From: Cytophagales bacterium | GTDB taxonomy: Bacteria > Bacteroidota > Bacteroidia > Cytophagales > UBA9547 | Reading direction: 5' to 3' | DNA length: 64,000 nt | Assembly: GCA_013297755.1 (NCBI GenBank) | Contig: JAAFIH010000026.1 | Location: 281 to 64,280 of the forward strand | Notes under the pieces: model-generated | Told to the model about the DNA's origin: nothing | The model's database searches: none | What the model saw: only the letters and a program-made list of their open reading frames with translations | In this document: one piece after another, positions 45,759 through 54,148 of the stretch | Numbering within the stretch: the stretch's first letter is position 1 | How the letters are laid out: each line of letters opens with the position of its first letter | Program-made: the position numbers and the translations under genes

Positions 45759-47060
45759 ATGTATTATAATTTCAAAATTTTAAATAGTTTTACCCTTACC
45801 ATACTTTTTTGGATTATTTTTCATATTTGTTTTTATGCTTTTTTTTTGCATTATAACTCTTTTGACTTTTGTGTTTCAGTTTTACCCTATACCCTTTTAG
45901 TTTTTTTTATTGGTCTTCTATTTATTTATTTTATGATCAATAATATTAAAATATTAAAAAAAATAGATCTTGAAAAATCAAAATTTGAATTTATCTTTAA
46001 TAGTTCGGTTGATGCACTTTTTATAGTTGATAAAACTAAACTTTTAATTATTGATTGCAACAAGAGGGCAGTAGAATTATTTGAGGCCAACCAAAAAGCT
46101 GATTTGATTGGTTTTGATGGCACAAAATTACATTTTGAACCACTCTCTGAGTCTGAAAGAATAGAAATAAAATACAAAAATGATAAAGAACAGAATTTAG
46201 ATTATGAATTTCAATATATTACTTTTAAAAATAAAATATTTTGGGGGCATTTAATTTCAACACCTATATTGATTGAAAATAAAATATGTAATTTAGTAAG
46301 AATTTCTGATATTTCAAGTAGAAAATCGACTGAATTGAAATTAATTTCTGCTAACGAAGACTTAAAAATTGCCAATGAAGAGCTTGATAGCTTTGTATAT
46401 AGGGCATCGCACGATTTGAGGTCGCCTCTGACTTCTATTTTGGGTCTTTTAAATGTAACTGTTGTCGAAAATACAGATTCAAACGCTATAAAATATGTAC
46501 CTTTGATGCAACAAAGTGTTCAAAAATTACTTCATGTAATAGATGATTTAATTCTTTATTCACGCAATTCAAGGATAGAAATTAAACCTGAAAATATCAA
46601 TTTTAAAGAGATTATTAACACACAAATATCTAATTTAAATCACTTGATTAATGCCAATAAAATTACTTTTAATATTCATATAAACCCTACTGAAATAGCA
46701 TTCAAATCTGATGTTTTGAGAATATATATTCTTTTTAGTAACCTTATTTCAAATGCAATAAAATATCACGACTCAAGTAAGATAAATCAATTTATAAATA
46801 TAGATATAAATTACAACGATATAGAAGCTAATATTGTTATTTCTGATAATGGTTCTGGTATACCTAGCGACCATATTAGTAAGATATTTAATATGTTTTA
46901 CAGAGCAAATATTACGTCAACAGGTTCTGGTTTAGGGCTTTATATCGTAAAAGGTGTGATAGAGAAACTAGGCGGCAAAATAGAAGTAGAATCTGTTTAC
47001 AAACAAAGCACAACTTTTAAAATATTAATACCAAATATTACTCATATTGTCAATGAATAA
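45759..47060 (+). CDS. Membrane sensor histidine kinase (TM, PAS-like, HisKA, HATPase_c)
   Basis: H-box FVYRASHDLRSPLTSI, N-box LISNAIKY, and G-boxes DNGSGIP and GSGLGLYIVK. Confidence 0.85.
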   Translation: MYYNFKILNSFTLTILFWIIFHICFYAFFLHYNSFDFCVSVLPYTLLVFFIGLLFIYFMINNIKILKKIDLEKSKFEFIFNSSVDALFIVDKTKLLIIDCNKRAVELFEANQKADLIGFDGTKLHFEPLSESERIEIKYKNDKEQNLDYEFQYITFKNKIFWGHLISTPILIENKICNLVRISDISSRKSTELKLISANEDLKIANEELDSFVYRASHDLRSPLTSILGLLNVTVVENTDSNAIKYVPLMQQSVQKLLHVIDDLILYSRNSRIEIKPENINFKEIINTQISNLNHLINANKITFNIHINPTEIAFKSDVLRIYILFSNLISNAIKYHDSSKINQFINIDINYNDIEANIVISDNGSGIPSDHISKIFNMFYRANITSTGSGLGLYIVKGVIEKLGGKIEVESVYKQSTTFKILIPNITHIVNE

Positions 47061-48159
47061 AATACCTGTAAGCATCGTTACTGGATTTTTGGGAGCTGGT
47101 AAAACCACACTTTTAAATCATATTATTAAGAATAATCCAAATAAAAAGTTAGCTATCATCGAAAACGAAATAGGTTCTATTTCCATAGATTCTGATTTGA
47201 TAGTAAAGTCAGAAAATGGTATCTTTGAATTATCTAATGGATGTGTTTGTTGTACACTAAATGGAGAATTGCTAGAAATTCTTACAAAATTAATCAACAG
47301 TTCTAGCCAAATATCTCATGTAGTAATAGAAACTACTGGCATAGCTGACCCAGGCCCAGTAGCGTTTAGCTTTTTGGCTGATTTAAAAATTCAATCTGCT
47401 TTCAAATTAGATTCAATTATTACGTTAGTTGATGGGCCAAGAATCGAACAATTATTGATAGAAACTATTGAAGCCAATAAACAAATCATACAAGCAGATT
47501 TGGTTTTAATTAATAAATCGGCTTTAATGGACGATTATCAAAAAGATGTAGTAAAAAATATAATTACAAAAATAAACACGCAAGCTCAAATATTATTTAC
47601 AGATTATGCCAAAATAAATGACTCAGATTTTTTTGATAGAAATAGTTTCGATTCATATAAAATTATAGAAAAAGTAATTTCAGAGAAAAAATCTTTTAAA
47701 ATTAGTTCTTCAATTTCTACATCACAAACAAATACATCTTTATTACAAAAACAAGGCATGTCTGCTGCTATACATAGTAATATTTTTAGTTATTCATTTA
47801 CTTTTGAAGAAAGTTTAGATGTAATAAGATTTGATATTTGGCTAAACGCTATGCTTCAGGGCGATTTGTGCAAATTTTATCGTGTAAAAGGAATTTTGCA
47901 AATCGAAGAATTTGAAGAAAAAGTAATATTACAATCTGTTGGCGACAAATTTATAACTGAATCTGGCGGTAGTTGGAATACAGAAGAACCCAAAGTTTCT
48001 AAAATTGTATTTATAGGCAAAAACTTACATTATCAAACGCTTGAAAATGGATTAAAACTTTGTTTTTATAATGAAAATCAACCCTTGCCAGACGAAAATT
48101 TTTATGCTGCTGTCATGACCAACCAAGTGGATATGTTTTTGGCCAACAATGCAACCTAA
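47047..48159 (+). CDS. COG0523/CobW-family G3E GTPase (putative metallochaperone)
   Basis: Walker A GFLGAGKTTLLNHI, CVCCTL (CxCC) metal motif, ETTGIADP, and a CobW_C-like tail. The start overlaps the kinase stop by 14 nt. Confidence 0.85.
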   Translation: MSMNKIPVSIVTGFLGAGKTTLLNHIIKNNPNKKLAIIENEIGSISIDSDLIVKSENGIFELSNGCVCCTLNGELLEILTKLINSSSQISHVVIETTGIADPGPVAFSFLADLKIQSAFKLDSIITLVDGPRIEQLLIETIEANKQIIQADLVLINKSALMDDYQKDVVKNIITKINTQAQILFTDYAKINDSDFFDRNSFDSYKIIEKVISEKKSFKISSSISTSQTNTSLLQKQGMSAAIHSNIFSYSFTFEESLDVIRFDIWLNAMLQGDLCKFYRVKGILQIEEFEEKVILQSVGDKFITESGGSWNTEEPKVSKIVFIGKNLHYQTLENGLKLCFYNENQPLPDENFYAAVMTNQVDMFLANNAT

Positions 48160-48230
48160 AGTTAATCTACAAATTTGAAGCAAAATTCAATTTTTTTAAT
48201 ATTTTTGTATGATATCAAGTAAATTTTCAA

Positions 48231-49025
48231 ATGAGTTTTAGTTTTCATACAGATAAACCACGTTATTTTGAACATCAATATTCTAATTCAAAATCGTACA
48301 TAATACCATTTATACAAAAATCGTTTGAAATTAAAAATACACATAAAGTATTAGAAATTGGTTGTGCAGAGGGTGGTGTTTTAAAAGCCTTTACAGACCT
48401 TGGTTGTCATTGTATAGGTGTAGAATTGAGCGAAAGTAAAGTAATAAATGCTAATATATTTATGAAAAATGAAGTTGATAATAATTTGATTAGATTTATA
48501 AATAAAAATATTTATGATTTAGATTTTAATACTGAATTTGCCAGCTATTTTGATATTATTATTTTAAAAGATACTATCGAACACATTCACGACCAGCAAA
48601 AAATAATTTCTTACTTGCCTCAAATCCTAAAAAACGATGGAGTGATTTTTTTTGGTTTCCCGCCTTGGTATATGCCTTGGGGTGGCCATCAACAGATTTG
48701 CAAATCTAAATTTCTCTGTTTTTTGCCTTATTTTCATGTTTTGCCAGTTTTTTTATATAAATCAATTTTAAAATTATTTGGAGAAACCAACCAAAAAATA
48801 AATGATTTGTTGGAAATAAAACAAACAGCTATTTCGACTATTCAATTTGAAAAATATGTTAAAAAAGCAAATATGAATTTTTCTTCAAAATTAATGTACC
48901 TGATAAATCCAATTTATTTGCATAAATTTGGATGGAAACCAAGAGTACAACTTAAATTAATATCTAAAATTCCATTTCTGAATGATTTTTTAAGTACAAC
49001 AGTTTTTTATTTAATTAAAAAATAA
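48231..49025 (+). CDS. Class I SAM-dependent methyltransferase
   Basis: VLEIGCAEGGVL (motif I) and DIIILKDTIEHI. Confidence 0.7.
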   Translation: MSFSFHTDKPRYFEHQYSNSKSYIIPFIQKSFEIKNTHKVLEIGCAEGGVLKAFTDLGCHCIGVELSESKVINANIFMKNEVDNNLIRFINKNIYDLDFNTEFASYFDIIILKDTIEHIHDQQKIISYLPQILKNDGVIFFGFPPWYMPWGGHQQICKSKFLCFLPYFHVLPVFLYKSILKLFGETNQKINDLLEIKQTAISTIQFEKYVKKANMNFSSKLMYLINPIYLHKFGWKPRVQLKLISKIPFLNDFLSTTVFYLIKK

Positions 49026-49037
49026 TATTTTTAATGT

Positions 49038-50234
49038 ATGAATAAATCAACTAGGTTTTTAGTTATTGTTTTAATTTCTTTGTTTTTAGGGCTTATAATA
49101 GGGGTTTTCTTACCAAAATTAGCTCAAGAATTTCAGATTTTAAGTGATATTTTCTTACGATTAATCAAGATGCTCATGGCACCATTGGTTTTTTCTACCT
49201 TGGTCATTGGTATTGCAAAACTAGGCAATGTGAGTGCTGTTGGTAGAATTGGGATCAAAACAATGGCTTATTTTTATGCAGCTACTTTTGTGTCTTTATT
49301 ACTAGGGTTGATTTTTGTGAATTTTTTACAGCCTGGTACGCATATAATTATGGCAGAAACAAGTTCAACTGCATTACCTGTACTTCAAAATAATACAGAT
49401 TTAAAAAGTTTTATTTTTAGAATTTTTCCTACAAGCATTGTAGATGCTATGGCTAAAAACGAAATCCTACCCATAGTAATATTTTCTATTTTCTTTGGCA
49501 TAGCTTTGGGAGCAGTAGGCGATAAAGGAAAGCCTGTAACTATTTTGTTTGAATCTGTTGCTGAAATTATGTTTAAAATTACTAATTATGTGATGTTATT
49601 TGCACCTTTTGCTATTTTTGGAGCCATTGCATCAATAGTAGGCAAGCAAGGTATTGGTATTTTGAAAGGCTATGGATATTTAATTTTTAGTTTTTATTCG
49701 TGTTTATTGTTTTTTGGTTTTGTAATATTACCTATTGTTTGTTATTTTTTTAAAATAAATTTTATTACTTTATTTTCCCACATCAAAGAGCCTGTGATTT
49801 TGGCATTTAGTACTGCTACTTCTGAAAGTGCTTATCCCAAAACACTCATTGCATTAGATAAATTTGGCTGTAATTCAAAAATTTCGGGGTTTGTGTTGCC
49901 TTTAGGATATTCGTTTAACCTCGATGGCTCTATGATGTATATGACATTTGCAACAGTTTTTATAGCTCAATCTTACCAATTAAATTTTGATTTTGCATCT
50001 CAGTTTTCTATGATGTTAGTTTTATTGTTGGCTAGCAAAGGTGTGGCTGGTGTTCCAAGAGCTTCACTTGTAGTAATATCTGGGCTGTTGGATACTTTCA
50101 AAATTCCTGCCGAAGGTTTACTTTTATTACTAGGTATAGATCATGTATTGGATATGGGCAGGTCTGGTATCAACGTCATGGGAAATGCAGTTGCTAGTTG
50201 TGTAGTTGATAAATTAGAGTTAAATAAAAGTTAG
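49038..50234 (+). CDS. Dicarboxylate/amino acid:cation symporter (DAACS family)
   Basis: LIKMLMAPLVFSTLVIGIA, SSESAYP-like TATSESAYPKT, and GVAGVPRASL...NVMGNAVA. Confidence 0.85.
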   Translation: MNKSTRFLVIVLISLFLGLIIGVFLPKLAQEFQILSDIFLRLIKMLMAPLVFSTLVIGIAKLGNVSAVGRIGIKTMAYFYAATFVSLLLGLIFVNFLQPGTHIIMAETSSTALPVLQNNTDLKSFIFRIFPTSIVDAMAKNEILPIVIFSIFFGIALGAVGDKGKPVTILFESVAEIMFKITNYVMLFAPFAIFGAIASIVGKQGIGILKGYGYLIFSFYSCLLFFGFVILPIVCYFFKINFITLFSHIKEPVILAFSTATSESAYPKTLIALDKFGCNSKISGFVLPLGYSFNLDGSMMYMTFATVFIAQSYQLNFDFASQFSMMLVLLLASKGVAGVPRASLVVISGLLDTFKIPAEGLLLLLGIDHVLDMGRSGINVMGNAVASCVVDKLELNKS

Positions 50235-50247
50235 TTTTGTCATTTTT

Positions 50248-52434
50248 TTATAAAATAATCAGCCCATTTCCTTTCAAATTTTTTATTGTATTGCTTTCTA
50301 AAAACTGCTCTGTTAATAATTTTGAAAAATTATATGTAGATTCTAACATTGAAATTGAGATTGGGTTATATTTTTTTTCAGTAATAATTTCAATTATTTC
50401 TTTATAAATTATTTCAAAATTTAATCTTACATTTGATTTTTTGTTTATTATTAAAATCATTTCTTTTGAAGTTTTATTTTTTTGACTCACTTCAGTTGTA
50501 AATGCTACCTTACCACCAATCCATACCATTTTAGCATTCGTTTGAATTTTTTTGTCTTCATTTAATAGTAAGATTTTTTCAATATAATTTTGTTTAATTG
50601 AAGTTTTTGGTGTAAAAAAATCAAACCATCTGTGTAAAGGTAGATCATAACCAATGCCGTACATATAGTTAAACAAAGATTTTTTTAATCCATCACTAAA
50701 CAAATCATGGTTGCAACCTGTCAAATCATTGTATTCTATATCATTGTTTGCAAAAGTACCTACTACATTTGAGTTCTTTTTTACATTAAATTTTTCGGGA
50801 AACATACCAACTGGGCTGTGAGCTGTCATGGCAAATTGGTGCCAAAAACCAGATTGAAGTACGCCATTGGAGAATAATTGGCGTACAATTTCCATAGAAT
50901 CAATCGTTTCTTGTATCGTTTGGGTAGGGAATCCATACATTAAATAAGCATGAACCATGATACCTGATTGCGTAAAATTGTTTGCCACTCTAGCCACTTG
51001 AGCTACAGTAACACCTTTTTCGATTAATTCTAAAAGTCTATCAGAGGCCACTTCTAAGCCACCAGAAACTGCAATACAACCTGATTCGGCCAGTAATCTA
51101 CACAAATCAATGGTAAAACTTTTTTCAAATCTTATGTTTGTCCACCAAACTACAGTAAGATTTCTTTTTAAAATTTCTAAAGCTACCTCTTTCATCAAAG
51201 CTGGTGGAGCTGCCTCGTCTACAAAATGAAAACCTGTTTGGCCAGTTTGTATCATGATTTGTTCAATTCTATCAACTATTACTTTTGCAGTAGTAAATTC
51301 GTAAGATTTGATATAATCTAGTGAAATATCGCAAAATGTACATTTTCCCCAATAGCAACCATGTGCCAGTGTCAATTTATTCCATCGACCATCGCTCCAT
51401 AATCTGTGCATAGGGTTTACAATTTCTATGACAGATATGTATTCGTTGAGTTTTAAATTACTATAATCTGGAGTTCCTACATCTTTTTGCTTAAAATCAG
51501 GCATTTCTGAACCATTTTTATAGATAACATTGTCGTTTTCTAAAACAAAGGTTCTTTTTAATTTTTCTATATTTCTTATTTTTTCTACATATTGAAAAAG
51601 ACACAAAATAGGTGCTTCGCCATCGTCAAGAGTAATAAAATCTATATAATCAAATACATTTTTATCTGAAATAGATCTTAGTTCTGTATTGGCAAAACCA
51701 CCACCTAAAGCAACTTTTATATCAATAATTTTTTTTTTTATAAACTGACCACATTTGAGAGTGCTATACAAATTGCCTGGAAAAGGAACCGTAAATGCAA
51801 CTATTTTTGGTTTATAAGTATTTATTTTTTCATTTAATATTTTTAAAGTGATAGCATCAATGTAAGTATTTTCATTATTTAATGCAGATTTTAGTTCCTC
51901 AAATGTAGAAGCCGAACGTCCTAATTTTTCAGCATATCTACTAAATCCAAAGTGTGGATCTACAGCTTCAATAATTAAATCAGAAATATCTTCGAGGTAT
52001 AATGTTGCCAAATGACGCGCTTTGTCTTGAATTCCCATTGTTCCAAATGCCCACTCTAGGTCTTCTAACTGAGAAAAACGAGATGCTTGAGGCAGAAAAT
52101 TTCCTTCACAAATAAGATGAGCAAGGTTTGGATTTTTATTTTGTAGAAAATGTATGATTGGTTCTATTGTTTTGATATAGTCGTGTCGAAGGTTTATAAT
52201 TCTGGTAGCATTGTCAGAATATATTTTATTTTTTGATGTAATATATTCAAAAATATTTTTAAATCCTTCGGTTGAAAATATCTCCAATATTACTTCTAAC
52301 CCTATATCTATTTGGTAAGAGGTTATATTTTTTGTATTCAAAAATCCTTTAATGTAGGCTGTGGCAGGGTAGGGGGTGTTTAATTGTGTAAATGGGGGTG
52401 TGATTAACAAAAATTTTACTTCATGGTTTTCCAT
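50248..52434 (-). CDS. Large B12-binding-like radical SAM protein with CX4CX2C cluster spacing
   Basis: About 728 aa from ATG 52434 (an alternative TTG at 52449 would overlap the upstream stop). The cluster motif reads HGCYWGKCTFCD, and the N-terminal Rossmann-like region is LLITPPF... Confidence 0.75.
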   Translation of the reverse strand: MENHEVKFLLITPPFTQLNTPYPATAYIKGFLNTKNITSYQIDIGLEVILEIFSTEGFKNIFEYITSKNKIYSDNATRIINLRHDYIKTIEPIIHFLQNKNPNLAHLICEGNFLPQASRFSQLEDLEWAFGTMGIQDKARHLATLYLEDISDLIIEAVDPHFGFSRYAEKLGRSASTFEELKSALNNENTYIDAITLKILNEKINTYKPKIVAFTVPFPGNLYSTLKCGQFIKKKIIDIKVALGGGFANTELRSISDKNVFDYIDFITLDDGEAPILCLFQYVEKIRNIEKLKRTFVLENDNVIYKNGSEMPDFKQKDVGTPDYSNLKLNEYISVIEIVNPMHRLWSDGRWNKLTLAHGCYWGKCTFCDISLDYIKSYEFTTAKVIVDRIEQIMIQTGQTGFHFVDEAAPPALMKEVALEILKRNLTVVWWTNIRFEKSFTIDLCRLLAESGCIAVSGGLEVASDRLLELIEKGVTVAQVARVANNFTQSGIMVHAYLMYGFPTQTIQETIDSMEIVRQLFSNGVLQSGFWHQFAMTAHSPVGMFPEKFNVKKNSNVVGTFANNDIEYNDLTGCNHDLFSDGLKKSLFNYMYGIGYDLPLHRWFDFFTPKTSIKQNYIEKILLLNEDKKIQTNAKMVWIGGKVAFTTEVSQKNKTSKEMILIINKKSNVRLNFEIIYKEIIEIITEKKYNPISISMLESTYNFSKLLTEQFLESNTIKNLKGNGLIIL

Positions 52435-52445
52435 ACCTATTTCAA

Positions 52446-54116
52446 TCAAATTGATTCTAATAATTTATTTTCTAAAAGAACTAATTTTGCTTTTTCAGTT
52501 CCATTGTATTGAAATACAACATACGATTTTTGATTTGTTATTTCATTATTTTGGATAAATTTTTCTATCTCAAAATTTATTTCTATGATTATAAATCTAT
52601 ATAAGTGGTGGTCGAGTCCATGTTTTTCAATTATTTTGTGTTTTTCGTTTTTACTAATCTCTTCAATATATCGAATTTGAGGTTTAATTTTGGCTTGTAA
52701 GTAATAATCTATCGAAATAAGTTGAAGCAAAACTGTATCATTTGGATAGTTTATTTTTGAAAAATTGTATAAATTATCGTATACATCGTTGAGAGAATGT
52801 TTATGGAAATCATTTTTTTCTTTAAAATAATTTCCTAAATATAGTAAGAAATCAAAAATACTATAAGTAGTACCTACATATTTTAATGTATGAATGGCTC
52901 TTTTTTTATTCCAATATATTTCTAAAGATTCCTCTAGATATGTTATTTGTAGAAGTTGATTTTTGGATAAATACTTACTTTCAATCATTTGGTAGGGTGG
53001 CTCTGGATCGTAGATATAGCCATGTTTTTCTTGTTTTAAACGCATGGGTGTACCTTTCAAAAATTTCAAAAACCCAAGCTGAAGTTCTGGTGGATGCAAT
53101 TTAAAAACCTCTTCTATACTATATTTTATGTCTTCCCATTCGTCTAGGGGCAAGCCAACAATCAAATCAAGGTGCATTTCAATAATATAATCTAATTGTT
53201 TGATAATATTACTTGTTTTATCAAAATTTTGCTTTCTATTAATTTGTAAATTTGCTTTTTGATTTACAGTTTGTATTCCAATCTCAAACCTCATCAAACC
53301 TTTTGGAACATTTTTTTGGATGTAAGTAATAATATCAGGATGTACTATATCAGCAGTAATTTCAAACTGAAATACTTGTCCTGGCTTATAATTGGCAAGT
53401 ATAAATTCAAAAATTTCTATTGTAAATGTTTTTTTTACATTGAAAGTTCGGTCTAGAAATTTAATTGTTCGTCCATGTTGCATCAAATATAAAAGGTGTG
53501 CTTTGATATCATCCATTGGCAAATATCGCATATTATTATCGAGGCTTGCCAAGCAAAATTCGCATTTGTAAGGACATCCTCGAGAACTTTCTATATAACA
53601 TACTTTATTATATAGTTCTTGGGGCGAATCATTGATGTAAGGATTTATGCCTTTATATAAGTTTAAGTCAAAAGTTTCGGTTAGTGGTAATAAATTGATT
53701 TTATTGTTTTTTTTGTAAATTAAATTACCAATATTTTCTATATTAGGATAATTATTCAAAAAATTTGAAAATGGTATTTCGCCTTCTCCAATAATGATAT
53801 AATCCACCTCATCTTTATTTATTATATCATCGTATTCGTAGCTTACTTCAGGGCCACCTAGTAATATTTTAATATTATTATTTATTTTTTTTATTTCTCT
53901 AGCAACAGCCAATGTTTGAGAAATATTCCATATATAGCAACTAAAAGCAATTATTTCATTATCTAAAACAGCATTCGCTATATCAATTGGATTTTCTTTG
54001 ATAGTAAATTCTTTCCAAGTTAATTCTTTATGGTGTTTGTTTAATTCATATAACATACGTATCGCTAAATTGATATGAATATATTTTGCATTTAACGTAG
54101 TAAGTAATATTTTCAT
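52446..54116 (-). CDS. B12-binding domain radical SAM protein with extended C-terminal domain (DUF4080-like)
   Basis: MKILLTTLNAKYIHINLAIRML (B12-like N-domain) and SSRGCPYKCEFCLAS (CX3CX2C); 556 aa. Confidence 0.8.
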   Translation of the reverse strand: MKILLTTLNAKYIHINLAIRMLYELNKHHKELTWKEFTIKENPIDIANAVLDNEIIAFSCYIWNISQTLAVAREIKKINNNIKILLGGPEVSYEYDDIINKDEVDYIIIGEGEIPFSNFLNNYPNIENIGNLIYKKNNKINLLPLTETFDLNLYKGINPYINDSPQELYNKVCYIESSRGCPYKCEFCLASLDNNMRYLPMDDIKAHLLYLMQHGRTIKFLDRTFNVKKTFTIEIFEFILANYKPGQVFQFEITADIVHPDIITYIQKNVPKGLMRFEIGIQTVNQKANLQINRKQNFDKTSNIIKQLDYIIEMHLDLIVGLPLDEWEDIKYSIEEVFKLHPPELQLGFLKFLKGTPMRLKQEKHGYIYDPEPPYQMIESKYLSKNQLLQITYLEESLEIYWNKKRAIHTLKYVGTTYSIFDFLLYLGNYFKEKNDFHKHSLNDVYDNLYNFSKINYPNDTVLLQLISIDYYLQAKIKPQIRYIEEISKNEKHKIIEKHGLDHHLYRFIIIEINFEIEKFIQNNEITNQKSYVVFQYNGTEKAKLVLLENKLLESI

Positions 54117-54148
54117 TAAAATAATATTATAATTTTATTTTTAAGATT

